A DNA stretch of 64,000 nt from Eledone cirrhosa (lineage: Eukaryota): assembly GCA_964016885.1 (NCBI GenBank), contig OZ024760.1, forward strand, positions 12,710,001 to 12,774,000, given 5' to 3'. Shown in pieces: positions 26,409 to 41,203 of this stretch. How positions within the stretch are numbered: the stretch's first letter is position 1; every line of letters starts with the position of its first letter. The notes under the pieces were generated by a model that saw only the letters and a list, made by a program, of their open reading frames with translations, ran no database searches and had not been told where the DNA came from. Position numbers and translations under genes: made by a program.

Positions 26409-29400
26409 GGTATTGTGTTACAGTATGTATATTGTGAGAATTGCTGGATGTGTGTGTCCTTAGAGGTTTATTTATCACTAAAATCTTGGCAACAAAAGAA
26501 GAAAAAACATGCTTGTCTTGTGGGAAATTTCTAACATAATACAAGAACAGAGATTCACTAAAGCAAGCCCTCCCCGTGCCCCGCCCCACTGCTGGCCCAC
26601 ATTACTGATCATTCCCTACCCCCATTTAATTCATTCTCTCATTCCATGTTCTCCCAGTGGTCTCCCAGCAATGAATAGCAGCAACATCTACCGACCCACC
26701 TACCTAATCATTGTAGACTTTTTATGGCAAAACCAGGAGTTCTTATATGCCAGAGATTGAATAACTGTGTTAAATAGGGGGGAAAAAGGGCACACAGCAT
26801 ACTTCAACTATTTTTAACAAACAATTGCACTTTTGTATAGAAATATTACTTTGAACATCAAATGGAAAAATGGAAAAAAATAACAAAAGAAAATTAAAAA
26901 AAAAAGCAGCTTAACCCTTTAGCATTTACATTACTTTATATATACTATTATATTTTCACGGTAAAGGCTTTACCTCACATAATATCAAATCTGTGAGATT
27001 TTGATATTTTCTATTTTGAGAACAATACCTTAACATCAGTATGAGTGGCCAGATACAGCCAGTTAAAACAGAAAGAGGTGAGAGAATTCTGGTTGTATAT
27101 GGCCAGTGTAAAATATATTTTAAAAAAATATATAAATATAGCTGCAAACTAGTTTCTTCTATTAATTTTATGATGAAGTGATTTTACGCCCGAAATATAA
27201 AAGACTTATAAAACCTGGAAGTCAACATTTCAATATCTTTGTTTTCAGTTCATTAATGCTATGTCGCGAAAACATGTCTGACGCTCTAACAATAATGGTT
27301 TCTGATTTAGGTAATTTCGGGGGAAGAGGAAAGTCAATTAAATTGACGGTGTAGTTTCCCCCTCAACGAAATATAATTCTTCAACTCGAGGTAATGTTAG
27401 AAAACATACATAAATAGATGTAAGGTGCCATGTAATACAGTCTCTTTAGAACCAGATCATCATGTGGTTACAAAACGGAACACTTTAACCACCCAGCCAC
27501 GCCTGCAACACCACCACCACCACCACCACCACCACCACCATCATCATCATGTAAGTTCAAAAAACAAAAACACAAAAAAAGGGGTGGTGGAGGTGGGAGG
27601 GGAGGATGGAACTAGGTCAGATTATTTCTCTTTTTTTTTAAGTCTACATTATACTAGAAAGAGTTTCATGTCTTAAGTAATTGATATTTTAACAAACCAG
27701 TGTAGGTCAGGTTGGTTGGTAAACAACAGGGCAGGGCAGGGCGCGGCTGTATGGAGCAGAGTAACAGATTGGTGGGTGTGGTTGTGGAGAGGGAGGGGAA
27801 TCTGGGTGTGTGTGTGGGGTTAAATAGAAGAATATATTTCATAAAATATTGCTTTCTCAGTTTTTCTTGTTTTTTTTTTTTTTTTTTTTTGGAGCTTTGT
27901 TTTTATGGTTTTTTTGTTGTTATTAAGTTTATGTTATTTTTTTTTCAAGTCTTTGACATATTCAACATTCTCTCTTTCTGCCAATCTTGAATAAGAAACT
28001 TTATTTTACTAATGTAATTATTATTAAAAATAAATATATAAAACTTTAAAATCCTCATCATCATCACCACCAACAACACACAACACACACATAATCATCA
28101 CCATCACCATCGTGACCACCATCACCACCAACAACAACACACAACATACACATAATCATCATCAACATCCTCCGCATCATAATTAATACATCACCAACCC
28201 ACCACCACCACCACCACCATCATCGCCATCAATACGCTATCACCACCACCATCACCACCACCACCATCATCATCAACACGCCACCACCACCACCACCACC
28301 ATCATCGCCATCAATACGCTATCACCACCACCATCACCACCATCATCGCCATCAATACGCTATCACCACCACCATCACCACCACCACCACCACCATCATC
28401 AACACGCCATCACCACCACCACCACCACCACCACCATCATCGCCATCAATACGCTATCACCACCACCATCACCACCACCACCACCACCACCACCATCATC
28501 AACACGCCATCACCACCACCACCACCACCACCACCACCACCACCACCATCGCCATCAAGCCATATCACAAATTAGACAAGTAAATCAAAGGAGATTTTTC
28601 TGATCCTATTCATAAGATAGAGGAAAGAGAGGAGACTTCAATGGAATGTAAGATAACTGCAAATGTGGGTGTATATATATATATATATATATATATAGTC
28701 CTGTAGAAGCTCTTTTATATTAAAACTATTATATTATATATATATATAGATAGATACACACATACATATATATATATTGCAGATTTATGAATATATATAT
28801 CTATATATAGAGAGAGATATTCTGATGTGTAAGCTTATATATTTATGAATATATATATATTATATATTCAAAAGTGCAGATATATTTTTCAGACACACAC
28901 ACAGACACACACAGACACACACAGACACACACACACACACAGACACAGACACAGACACAGACACAGACACACACAGACACACACAGACACAGACACAGAC
29001 ACACAGACACACACACAGACACACACAGACACACACACAGACACAGACACACACAGACACACACACACAGACACACACAAGCCGGTTTCAAGTCAAAAGA
29101 GCAGTAAAAAGTAAAAACATATGAAAGAAAATTAGATTTACTATATACACACATATATATACTAGATACACACACATCTATATATACTATACGCACATAT
29201 ATATACACTTTAGACATACATATACATACACACTTAAACATTATATACACACTAACACACATATACACCACTATACATACACATATATACACTACACACA
29301 CACATATATATGTACACACACACTATATATATATATATACACACACTATATATATATATATATACACACACTATATATATATATATACACACACTATATA

Positions 29401-29843
29401 TATATATATACACACACTATATATATATATATACACACACTATATATATATATATACACACACTATATATATATATACACACTATATATATATATACACA
29501 CTATATATATATATACACACTATATATATATACACACTATATATATATATACACACACTAGAGAGAGAGAGAGAGAGAGAGATGAACATAACATTAGACA
29601 CATAAACACTACTCGCATATATACACTATATATATATATATATATATATAACATTAATATATATTCTAAAAGGACATCATTATACTTTTAGAAACTGAGG
29701 GTGGCTCAGATTGAAACATAAACAACTTGAAATATAATTTTAAAAAACACACAAAGTTTAAATATATACACACATATATATATATGTATGTATGTATGTA
29801 TAGTAATATATATATATATACATATACACACAAATACATATAG

Positions 29844-29904
<61 letters not shown>

Positions 29905-29940
29905 AATACATTATATATATATAATTATATATATAGATAT

Positions 29941-29986
<46 letters not shown>

Positions 29987-31081
29987 ACATCCTTTCCCCT
30001 TTATTTCAAGCCTATACACCCACCTCTACCACTATTCTATGTTTTGTTAACATTGAATATAAGCTCATTAGATATCTCCTGAAAATGAAAATGCATGATG
30101 ACATATTTGTAAGTGAGGAAAACAGCAAGCAACTTGTGTGTATATGTGTGTGTGTGTGTGGCTGTGCAGGTGTGATGTTTTGTAATGTGCATGTGTGTGT
30201 GTGTGTGTGTGTGATGTTTTTATTATGTTTGTGTGGTTTCCAAAATGTGCGTATTGTGTATCTGAATGACTTGTATACAAGAGATGTGCAACTGTGCAGG
30301 AAAACATATATGTATTTGTAGTAGCCTATATAAGCTTGCTTGCTTGTATGCCAGTTTAAATGTGCAAATATTTATGTATGTGTCTGTATCTAATATATAA
30401 TGCATGTTGGTTGAGGAGTTTATGTCCTCTGTTTGTACATGTCATTGACAATGACCCTTTCAGTCAACGTGGATAACTGAGTGTGTACACTAGTTAATGT
30501 GTTGACATCATAGACAGAGCAAAGTGTGTTAGAGATAATATAATGTGTTAGGGAGGAATGTCTTTACATAGTAAATGCGTACACAGAGTTTGTGTGTTGC
30601 CAACATAGATAGTTAAAGCTAGGTGTGTAGTAAACACACTAGGGAGATAAGTGTAGACAGAGTTAATGTGTTGACAACAGGCAGTAATGGCAAAGTTTAG
30701 AGACACAATATAATGTGTTAGGGAGGAAATATTTAGACAACAAATGTGTTGGTAACATACACAGTTTAGAGAAGTGTGTAGAAACAGTGGCTGTGTTAGA
30801 GAATAAAGTGTGTAGACATAGTGGATGACGATGTTGTAGAGAGAGGGGAGAGAGAAGAGAGAGAGAGAGAGGGGGGAGAGGGAGAGAGAGAGAGGGGGGG
30901 AGGGAGAGAGAGAATGTGTTATTTACAAGGCGATGTTTACAAGACAATATGTTTACATACAATGGCAATATAGAACAGTGAAAGAAATATAGGACAGAGA
31001 TAGACAGGCAGGTGTATATATATATATATATATATATATTGTTATATATATTGTTATACTTTGCCAATAAGAAACTATATA

Positions 31082-31440
31082 TAGAGAGAGAGATGGGACA
31101 GAGAGAGGGAGAGATAGGGGCAGAGAGAAGGGGAGGAGAGAGAGATAGGGGCAGAGAGAGGGAGAGATAGGGGCAGAGAGAGGGAGAGATAGGGGCAGAG
31201 AGAGGGAGCGATAGGGGCAGAGAGAGAGAGAGATAGGGGCAGATAGAAGGGGAGGAGAGAGAGATAGGGGAGGAGAGAGAGATAGGAGCAGAGATAGGGG
31301 AGGAGAGAGAGATAGGGGCAGAGATAGGGGGAGAGAGAGATAGGGGCAGAGATAGGGGGAGAGAGAGAGAGAGATAGGGGCAGAGAGAGGGAGAGATAGG
31401 GGCAGAGAGAAGGAGAGATAGGGGCAGAGAGAGGGGGGAG
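31082..31440. repeat. Purine-rich minisatellite (GAGATAGGGGCA-type)
   Basis: About 17 degenerate units. Confidence 0.85.
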
Positions 31441-33219
31441 CTGCAAGACAAGAGTATGTCTAGACAGACAGACAGACTGGGTTTCTAAAGAAGCATCAAT
31501 ACCCAGTGTCTTGTCTTCTTGGATAAAACAGATTGGCTCAGCAAAATTGTTGAAATAATGCTGTCAACCCTCTCACTGCTGTCAGGTTGGTGGGGTGGGT
31601 TGGTGGGGTGGGGTGGGGTTGGGTGGTGGGTTGGTGGGTTGTGGTGAGTTGGACTTCAGTGGAAATCTAGAGGGTTGTTTATATAAAAACCCCCATCATG
31701 AAACGTGCTGATAACTTATACACATACACACATAGATATATACATAGTTAGATATACACAGAAATATATATATATATATATACATACATGCATTCATACG
31801 CGGATGTATGGAAATGTGTATATATATACATAAATTACATACACATAAATATATACATGTGCACACACACCACACCACACCACATCACACATACACCACA
31901 CCACATCACACACACCACACCGACACCAAACATACATACACATATATATATATACATGTGCACACACACACACACCATACCACAGACACACACAACAGCC
32001 CCCCCCCCACATTAAATGAAACCAGATGACCAAGTAAAAATATTTTTCTAAACAGAATGGAGAAATGGTGAAGGCAGCAAACTAAAACAAAACTGAAGAA
32101 TAGGGGAGCCCTTAGAAATTCCTTAAGGGCTTACTTCAAGTTATTCCACAGACAGGGGTCCCATAAGATGTTGTTCTTGCTCTTGTACTTCTGACTGTTT
32201 CGATAATGACTGTTCCAGTTGTTTGACCAATTGTACAACTGGCTCATGAAATTATCAGGCAAGTGCCTGAGCAGTCCTAAGAAAAACACAGGTACTCTTA
32301 ATGTAATTCCCAGGGAGATTCAGCATGACACGGTGTGTGTGTGAGAGAGAGAGGGGGTGGCTGCCCTCTCCACTCCCTGCAAATTACAGGTACAACCCTT
32401 TTTTACCAGTAGGGTGAACAGGAACAACATGAAATAGTTATTCTACAGACTAACCCCTTAAGTTAGTGAGGCATTCGTGGACCAGAAATTCCTTCAGGTT
32501 TATAACAAGGTCTTCTATAAACTGAACCCTTATGCATACAATCTATTCCACAGACTAGACCCTTAGTTATTCTACAAGCTATTCCAAAGCCTAGCCCCTT
32601 AGGCTTACTATAAGTTGTTCCACAAACTGGGTCCTTAAGTTCTCTACAATATATTCAAAAGACCAGCCATTCCAAAGACCGGCTCCTTAGGTTTACTACA
32701 AGCTATTTACAAACTGGAGTTTAGGATTGCTACCAGCTACTCCAAAGACCGACCCCTTAAGTTTTCTACAAGCTATTCTACAAGCTGGCCCCTTAGGTTT
32801 GTGAGAAATTGGTGAAATATTCACCAAGAATTTCTGATTCTGTTTTGCTATAAAAAGAATTTAAAGCATCTGGCATCTTAATCAAACACTGAAAGTTCAC
32901 AACTGATATAACCAATGTAGAGTGTTTATATACATGTGTATGTGTGTATATATGTGTGTGTGTGTGTGTTTGTATGTGCGTGTGTGTGTGTTTGTATGTG
33001 CGTATATATGTGTGTGTGTGTGTTTGTATGTGCGTATATATGTGTGTGTGTGTGTGTGTATATATATGTGTGTGTGTGTGTGTGTGTATATATATGTGTG
33101 TGCATATGTGTATATATGTGTGTGTTTGTTGTGTGTATATGTGTGTGTGTGTGTGCATATGTGTATATATATATATGTGTGTGTGTGTGTGCTTATGTAT
33201 ATATATATATATGTGTGTG

Positions 33220-33251
<32 letters not shown>

Positions 33252-33906
33252 GTAATTAGCAAAATCCCAATGGAGGGCCTTCCCAATCCCATATAATAAA
33301 CACGTCATATATATATATGTGTGTGTATATATATATATATGTGTGTGTATATATATATATATATAGCTAGCTTGACTGAATAATATATAACACAGAACAC
33401 TGTTTATACATATCATGTGAACATATATATACACAGAGAGAGAAATATATACGTATGTACATTTATACACACACATAGATTTGTATATATGTACAAGTGT
33501 ATGTCAGTAAATAGTAAACAGCACTTACACATACATAGAGAGAGAGACATATATTCATATATATATATATATATACACATACATATGTATCTATACATCC
33601 TTGTATATACATACCCACACACCAACAAACACACCCACGGTTTTCCTGTTCCAACAAACAGATCAACCAATAATAACTGTTTTTTGATATTAGGCACCAG
33701 CATTATAACTACGTCACATTAAATATAATATTTAGTCTGATACTGTAAATTTACTCAACGGTCTCTCCACCAATAAACTCCAACCCATTTTGTTGATATT
33801 TTCTGCTAAATTATTAGTTAACGTTCTGTACCACATGAAGCCACATTAACAAGATTTTCTTGAAAAGTACAAAACTGCACTGTGACTGCATCACATTAAA
33901 TATTAA

Positions 33907-34127
33907 CGCTTTAACATTTACATTACTCTATATTTACTATTGTATTTTTGTAATAAAGGCATTACCTTACATAATTATCTATTAAAATATCGAATCTACG
34001 AGATTTTGATGTTATTTATTTTGAAAACAATACCTTAACATTAGTATGAGTGGCCCATTATGGCTGATTTGAACAGAAAGAGGTGAAAGGATTCTGGTTG
34101 GCTACAGCCAGTTTAAATGCTAAAGGG
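33907..34127. mobile_element. piggyBac-type MITE (221 bp)
   Basis: TTAA at 33903-33906 and 34128-34131. Uninterrupted host-repeat copies (acattaaaaaTTAAagtctt near 34300 and 41735) have a single TTAA at this site. Partial copy starts at 26915. Confidence 0.82.
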
Positions 34128-35974
34128 TTAAAGTCTTTACTGCAATACTGCAAATTTTCACAATGATCTGTCCAGTAATAAAGCTACTATACATATTTGA
34201 ATTAACAGACATGTTTTTAGATATTTTATTTGCTAAATGTTTAGAGTTTACATCCTGTTCCACATGTTAAGTACAAAACTGTACGATGATTGCATCACAT
34301 TAAAAATTAAAGTCTTAAATATCTTCTTCTTCGCCTACTTATTCCTAAGAGTGTCGTGGGGGAAGAGTCCACCTCAAACACTCCTTCCAGAGGGTCAGCA
34401 GTGACAGTTTCCAGCTGATCAGGCTGGATTTGTCCAACAGCAAAGCCACTATAAACATTTAAATTAACACAACCTGTTGAAGTGAGGGGGATCGGTTTAT
34501 ATACATTCGACTAAATTCTTACAGGATATTGCAAGTTCACGCTATTTTTAAGCATTAACGCCTGAAATAACAGACAAAATGAAGACAGTGGCAATTTCTT
34601 TCAAAATACATACACTCACGCACAAACACTCATGCACTCACACACATACACACACCCTAAAACATACACACTCACACAAACACTCACGCAAAAACACTCA
34701 TGCACTCACACACCCTAAAACATACACACTCACACAAACACTCATGCACTCACACACCCAAAAACATACACACTCAAACACAGACACTGTGTTTCTGAAC
34801 ATCTCAAGACATGTTCCTTTCAGATATAGAAAATATTCTAGATTATTGTACAATTATTGAAATATTTTCTTCAATTTGCAGAAGTGGATTCTTCCAGTTC
34901 TCCCAACCAGTTTAACACAAATCCAATAAAAATAGCCATTCATTTTATTGTAAATAAATTTACCAAAATGCATATTCAGCTACACACACACACACACACA
35001 TATTCAGCTATAGACACACACATACACATGCATACATATACTTACATAAACATACTCATCCATACACACGCACACACACACATCCTTATGTACATACATA
35101 AATGCATGCTTGCAAACATACATTTATACATTTATTCATATATACATACAAACATACATAAATACATACATGCACACATATATAAATACAAACATGCACA
35201 TATACATACATGTATACATTCATTCACCCATACATACATACATGCACATATAAATAAACACATATATACATGAACACATATACATGCATACACACATACA
35301 TACTGCCATACATACATACAAAGTTAAATTCATCACTAGAGTATATGGCCAACAGCTTGGAGAGTTATCTTATGTTCTTTTACTAGTTTCAATTATTGGA
35401 CTGCGGCCATGCTGCGGCAATGCCTTCAAGAATTACGATGCGTTATATCGGCCCTAGTGGAGGTGTGTGGCCTAGTGGTTAGGGTTAGGGTGAGGGTTTA
35501 CGATCATAATGACACCAGTTTGATTACTGGCACATATTTCATTGTTTTTCCCAAAATACGAAATCTAACGAGAGCATTGGTGCAAAAGGAGACAAACCCA
35601 TCCAACCCATACAAGCATGGAAAATAAATGATGATGATGATGATGATGATGATAGTGATGATGGTGGTGATGGTGATGATGGTGGTGGTGACAATGAAGA
35701 GGATGGTGATGGTGATAATGAGGGCAATAGTAATGGTGGTGGTGATGGTGATGGAGATGATGGTGGTGATAATGGTGGTGATGGTGATGGAGCTGATGAT
35801 GATGATGATAATGATGGTGATGGTGGTAATGATGATAATATATATATATTTCTTTACACTATAGCTTTGGTATGCAACTATATTTGTGTAAAATGTAACA
35901 CCAGTGACATTACATCCTACAATTAGAGTTTTTGAGAGTTTGTTTTTTTTACAAATATACTGTGAAAAACAATG

Positions 35975-36037
<63 letters not shown>

Positions 36038-36184
36038 AAATATATACATAAACACCCATACAATCACACACATGTGTGTGTGATTGTATGTATGTACATA
36101 TATATGTTACACACATAAAATCATGCCTATATATATATACACACACACACACATACATACATATATATATATGTGTCTATCTAT

Positions 36185-36228
<44 letters not shown>

Positions 36229-37706
36229 TTTATATGTTTTACAATTCAACTTATGGCAGTGCATTCAGTTCTAAAATCCATGGAGAGAGGGGGGAGGGGC
36301 TCTACATTCAATAATAAACAACAATAACAACAACAATAATAATCTACATTGTACAATATTGATTTCTGTTATCATATGGCTGCACCAGAAATGCACCAAC
36401 TCGCACCAAAAACTGCACGGAGGGGGAGATAGTGCAGATTGTGAAGGGGAGGTAACGAAAACAATGCTATCAGCTCTAACAGGTTTGAAGAAAGAATTGA
36501 ACTCACAGTCTGCCAGTCAGTACAACTTTTTGTTATCGTATTTCTAACAAACGAACAAAAACACTGCCTATCATTTTCAAATCATGTTCTTTGCCCACTT
36601 ATTCCTGGGAGGGTCGTGGAAGGAGAGTCCTCAAACACTCCTTCCAGTAGCTCTAAAGACCCTTCAGAGGAACCCCATTTTGGCTGCTTGTATTTGCAAT
36701 CGTATTCTTTCGGCAATTACCGAAGATTCATGACCATAGGTAGGGGTTGGCACAAATACTGAATTATAGATAGAGCCTTAAATTAAGTTACTATCTTAGT
36801 AATGAAATAATTAGTAATTTTAGTAAGTTCCTCCAACATAATTAGATACTATCTTAATCATGAAATGATTAATAATTTTAGTAAAACCAGTTCTGGTTCT
36901 ATGAAATAAAGTCACCCATTTTAAAAGTTTCCAATTTAAATTAAAATCTTCTAACATAATTTTATATAAACATCTTACATTAAGTTACTATCTTATTAAT
37001 GATATAATTGATAATTTTAGTAAATCCATCAAAATTCTTCATTAATTACTTAAAATAGAGTATATTTAATTAGAAGTATGGTGATGAAAGGGTTAAAGCA
37101 ACCAAATAGTCATAAAACCTCAAATACTTATTTGAAGACATGTTCTACTTGAAAGTGCTCAAACATCAGAATTCAGCATTAACAATTATTACTCAGAAGG
37201 GGGCAATAATAATAATATTAGTAATATGTATATATGTATATATATATATCTGTGTGTGTATATATATATATGTGTAGATATATATACATATATATTATAT
37301 ACTTACATAAACAAGCAGCCACGCATACACATTTATTTACACAGAGACACATATGGATGCATACATATGTGTATGTATATACACACTGATGGATGTATGA
37401 ATACATATGTATGCTCACACATACACACGTGTATACATCATCATCATCATCATCATCATTCAACGTCCGTTTCTCTTGCTTACAAGTCATCCATTAAACA
37501 GTGTGTGTGTATATATGTATGTGTGTGTGTGTGTATATATATATGTGTGTGTGTGCGTGTGTGTATGTATGTGTGTATATATATAACTGAATAAATATTT
37601 ATACACAGATAGCCATGTGTGTATATACACACACACACAGAGACAAACATGCAAATACTCTCACATGGGCACACAGATAGTCATATATATATATCTATTT
37701 ATATAC

Positions 37707-37755
<49 letters not shown>

Positions 37756-38118
37756 TACATGTGAGAGTGTGTATGTGTATATATACATTAGTCAGCCAGG
37801 CTTTCTAGATTAAGTACAGTAAAGCGCCTTGCTCAAGGGTGACAGTTGACTGATTTCAGTTAAGTACCATCCTACTGTTTCCTAGAGGTGGGCTGGGAGC
37901 TTCAAATGAGATTTACTAAGCCACATAGCAGTTGGTAAGAACTGAAGAAGGAATTACTTGCTCAGATGGAATTCCTCAGGCAAAATATTGCTGGGTGTTT
38001 GAGAAAATATCATTATATGAAAGAAATTTTCATATTTCAAATCTACAAGAGTAATTCTATTATCTCCTTCCATCCATTATTGCTCTCTCTCTCATATATA
38101 TATATATATACTGTATAT

Positions 38119-38290
38119 ATGAATCAAGGGTCAACCAGAGAAGGCTGGTTGTAAAAAGTATAGCATCAATGACTACTCCAGCATCGCTTCAGCCAGTTAG
38201 CTGGTACACTTAACAGAGTAATATATATATATATATATATATAATGTACACTATGTACATATATGTACACCCATACATATATATACATAC

Positions 38291-38324
<34 letters not shown>

Positions 38325-38426
38325 TACTCTGTTAAGTGTTCCAGCTAACTGGCTGAAGCGATGCTGGAGTAGTCATTGATGCTATACTTTTTACAACCAG
38401 CCTTCTCTGGTTGACCCTTGATTCAT
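38119..38426. repeat. About 104-bp inverted repeat enclosing a microsatellite spacer
   Basis: atgaatcaagggtcaacc...aacagagtaat / attactctgtt...ggttgacccttgattcat, near-identical arms. Confidence 0.88.
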
Positions 38427-38443
38427 ATATATATTATATATAT

Positions 38444-38639
38444 AACGAAGGAAATGTGGTAAGGAACCAGGTGGACCATAACGCACCAAAGTACTCAATA
38501 CTTGAGGTAGTAGAGTGGGTAATAGGAACCAGTAAGACCCCGACAGCTGAGCTCAAGCCGTTTCGACGGCTAATTCTGGACGGAATTAGCCGTCGAAACG
38601 GCTTGAGCTCAGCTGTCGGGGTCTTACTGGTTCCTATTA
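38444..38639. mobile_element. Fold-back element carrying a hammerhead 3' half in each arm
   Basis: Palindrome 38520-38639 plus a tail. Arm reads gccgtc-GAAA-cggct..agctg-TC-ggggtc. No CUGANGA. Confidence 0.78.
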
Positions 38640-38656
38640 TATATATATATATATTA

Positions 38657-38993
38657 TCATCATCATCATAATTTCATCATTTCATTTTACGTCCGCTTTT
38701 CCCTGCTTGCAAGGGTGGGACGGGAACTGATTCTGGCTTGATTTCTACAGCTGGATGCCCTTCCTAACACCAACCTCATTTACAGTGAGTGCTGGGTGCT
38801 TTTTTGCCGTGGCACCTCCACGACCACTTTGCAGTGGAATGATATGGACCCCAGTCCCTATCATCTCATTTCTACAGCTGAGTAAACTGGAGCAATGTGA
38901 AATAAAGTGTCAACACATCACCCGGTCTGAGAATTGAACTCACAACCTTTCGATTGCAAGGCCAATGCTCTAACCACTAAGCCATGTGCCTCC
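38657..38993 (-). mobile_element. SINE family A
   Basis: Near full length with a small internal deletion. Confidence 0.87.
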
Positions 38994-39173
38994 ATTGTAT
39001 ATATATATTATATATACATATATATAATTTTGAGTATGTGTTGGTTGTTTACACACCTCAGTATGCAGGTTGGAGCACTCAACGAAGTGGGCAGGCTGGT
39101 TTGTTTACTCCGGTGTAATGCAAAAATAAGAAGTGTAAGCCAACAGGGTAAAGTTAGCTTCGTTTATTCACAT

Positions 39174-39236
39174 TTGCTGTTATATATATTTCAGTGATAA
39201 CCATTATTCAACAGCTATGACCTCATCAGGCGGTAA
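39174..39236 (-). ncRNA. Hammerhead motif with decayed stem I
   Basis: CTGATGA-ggtcatagctgtt gaat aatggttatcact-GAAA-tatata-TA. Stem I ttaccgc/acagcaa is mismatched. Confidence 0.6.
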
Positions 39237-39667
39237 GAATTTAAACAGAAAAAACAAGAAAACATGTTGTAATGGATTTTACTGTGTTAAGCCATTTCTA
39301 CTTTTGGCACAAGGCCAGCAATTACCCAGTGTATTACTGGTACTTTATTTTATCGACCCCATACGGATGAAAGGCAAAGTTAACCTCGGCGGGATTTGAA
39401 CTCAGACCATAAAGGGCCGTAACTCTATGCTGCAAAGCATGGCGTCCGACCCTCTACCGATACTGCCAATCCTAATGATGGTGTATTAGTTCAATGCTTG
39501 ATGTAGTTCATAGAGAATCTTAATGTTTAATTTCTTAGATAAATATAAAGATGTAAACAAATATATCTGTAAATATACAGGCGAAGGCTTCAACGACCTC
39601 ATCTTTGTCCGTCCCCTTGTCGTTTTAATTTGGATTGTCTCAAGAACGTAACCTTATTATGTAAGAA

Positions 39668-39742
39668 GCTGTCTGATGAGATCACGGCACTGGGTACACG
39701 GAATTGTGTGGCCACTGTTGCCATTGAAATATGTATCACAGC
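39668..39742 (+). ncRNA. Type I hammerhead ribozyme
   Basis: gctgt-CTGATGA-gat..ggca..tgcc att-GAAA-tatgta-TC-acagc. AATAAA at 39749. Confidence 0.86.
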
Positions 39743-39862
39743 ATTATCAATAAAGAACTTTTACATCTGAAACTACTTTGCATTTTCTCATTATATATAT
39801 ATATATGCACATATATATATGAATGTCTAAATGAGTGTGAGAGAGAGAGAATGTGTGTGTGT

Positions 39863-39919
<57 letters not shown>

Positions 39920-40006
39920 TAAATATAAAGATATAGGTAGCCTGAACAGAAAAAGCAAAAAACCCCTAAGCAATTATTTCACAAAACACTATATACATAT
40001 ATGTAT

Positions 40007-40052
<46 letters not shown>

Positions 40053-40105
40053 TCATCATCATCATTTTACGTCCGCTTTTCCCTGCTTGCAAGGGTGGGA
40101 CGGGT

Positions 40106-40149
<44 letters not shown>

Positions 40150-40220
40150 CAGGGTGCCCCCAAAAATGTATATACACTTTGATTACTGGTACAGTGTATA
40201 CATTTTAGGGGTACACCCTG
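40150..40220. mobile_element. Tiny Tc1/mariner-type MITE (CAGGGTG termini)
   Basis: TA|cagggtg..aaaatgtata...tatacatttt..caccctg. Second copy at 51553-51651. Confidence 0.7.
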
Positions 40221-40224
40221 CCAG

Positions 40225-40263
<39 letters not shown>

Positions 40264-41169
40264 GCTATTAGTGGTATGTACTGCCAGCAAGTCCAAGTCA
40301 GCAATAAATATATCTTTATATAAAAGATTATATAAATACATATACATATATATATATGTATATACATATATATCTTTTATATAGACCCCAATGAAGTTCC
40401 AATCTTATCACCCCACCACCCCCTCTTCCCTTCTTCAGGAGAAGGAAGGGGGGTGTGAGCAAGGGAGCTGGGGGGAGAGGAGGAGGCTAGTCACCCTGTG
40501 AAGTAGGTGAAGTTTTGGAAAATTACCCAGGACTTAAAAGACTGCTGATTATCACTGCTGATAAACTATATAGAGGATTCCTGTGAACTTGGGTCTTTTT
40601 TTATATATTCCTCCTTCCTTCATACCATTCTTTCTTTCTTACTCTCTCTCTCTCTCTCTCTCTCTCACTCACTGTGTCAAGTATGTGTGTATATACATAT
40701 ATATATATACATGTATATATATATATACATGTGTGTGTATATATATATATACACACACACACACATGAGTGTGTGTGTTGAAAAGTTGACTTCAGATTTT
40801 CCCTATTTCCTTGTTAGTCAGTTCTTTATGCTTATTTTAAAACAATGGCATTCTGAATTACATGTGTGTATTAACTTTTCATGGCCTTCACAGCTTTATC
40901 TTCAAAATCATACACACATACGTGTGTATGTCGGGGTCAGTCGTGTAGCGCCATGACAAAAAGCACCCAGTACTCACTGTAAATGAGGTTGGCGTTAGGA
41001 AGGGCATCCAGCTGTAGAAATCAAGCCAGAATCAGTTTCTGTATGAGCAAGACATGGTCACCTGACCTGACATTGACCACAACAGGACAACTTGTCTAAC
41101 CCATTCTAGTGTGGAAAAATGGACGTAAAACAGTGATGATGATATATATATATATATCATCATCACCGT

Positions 41170-41203
<34 letters not shown>

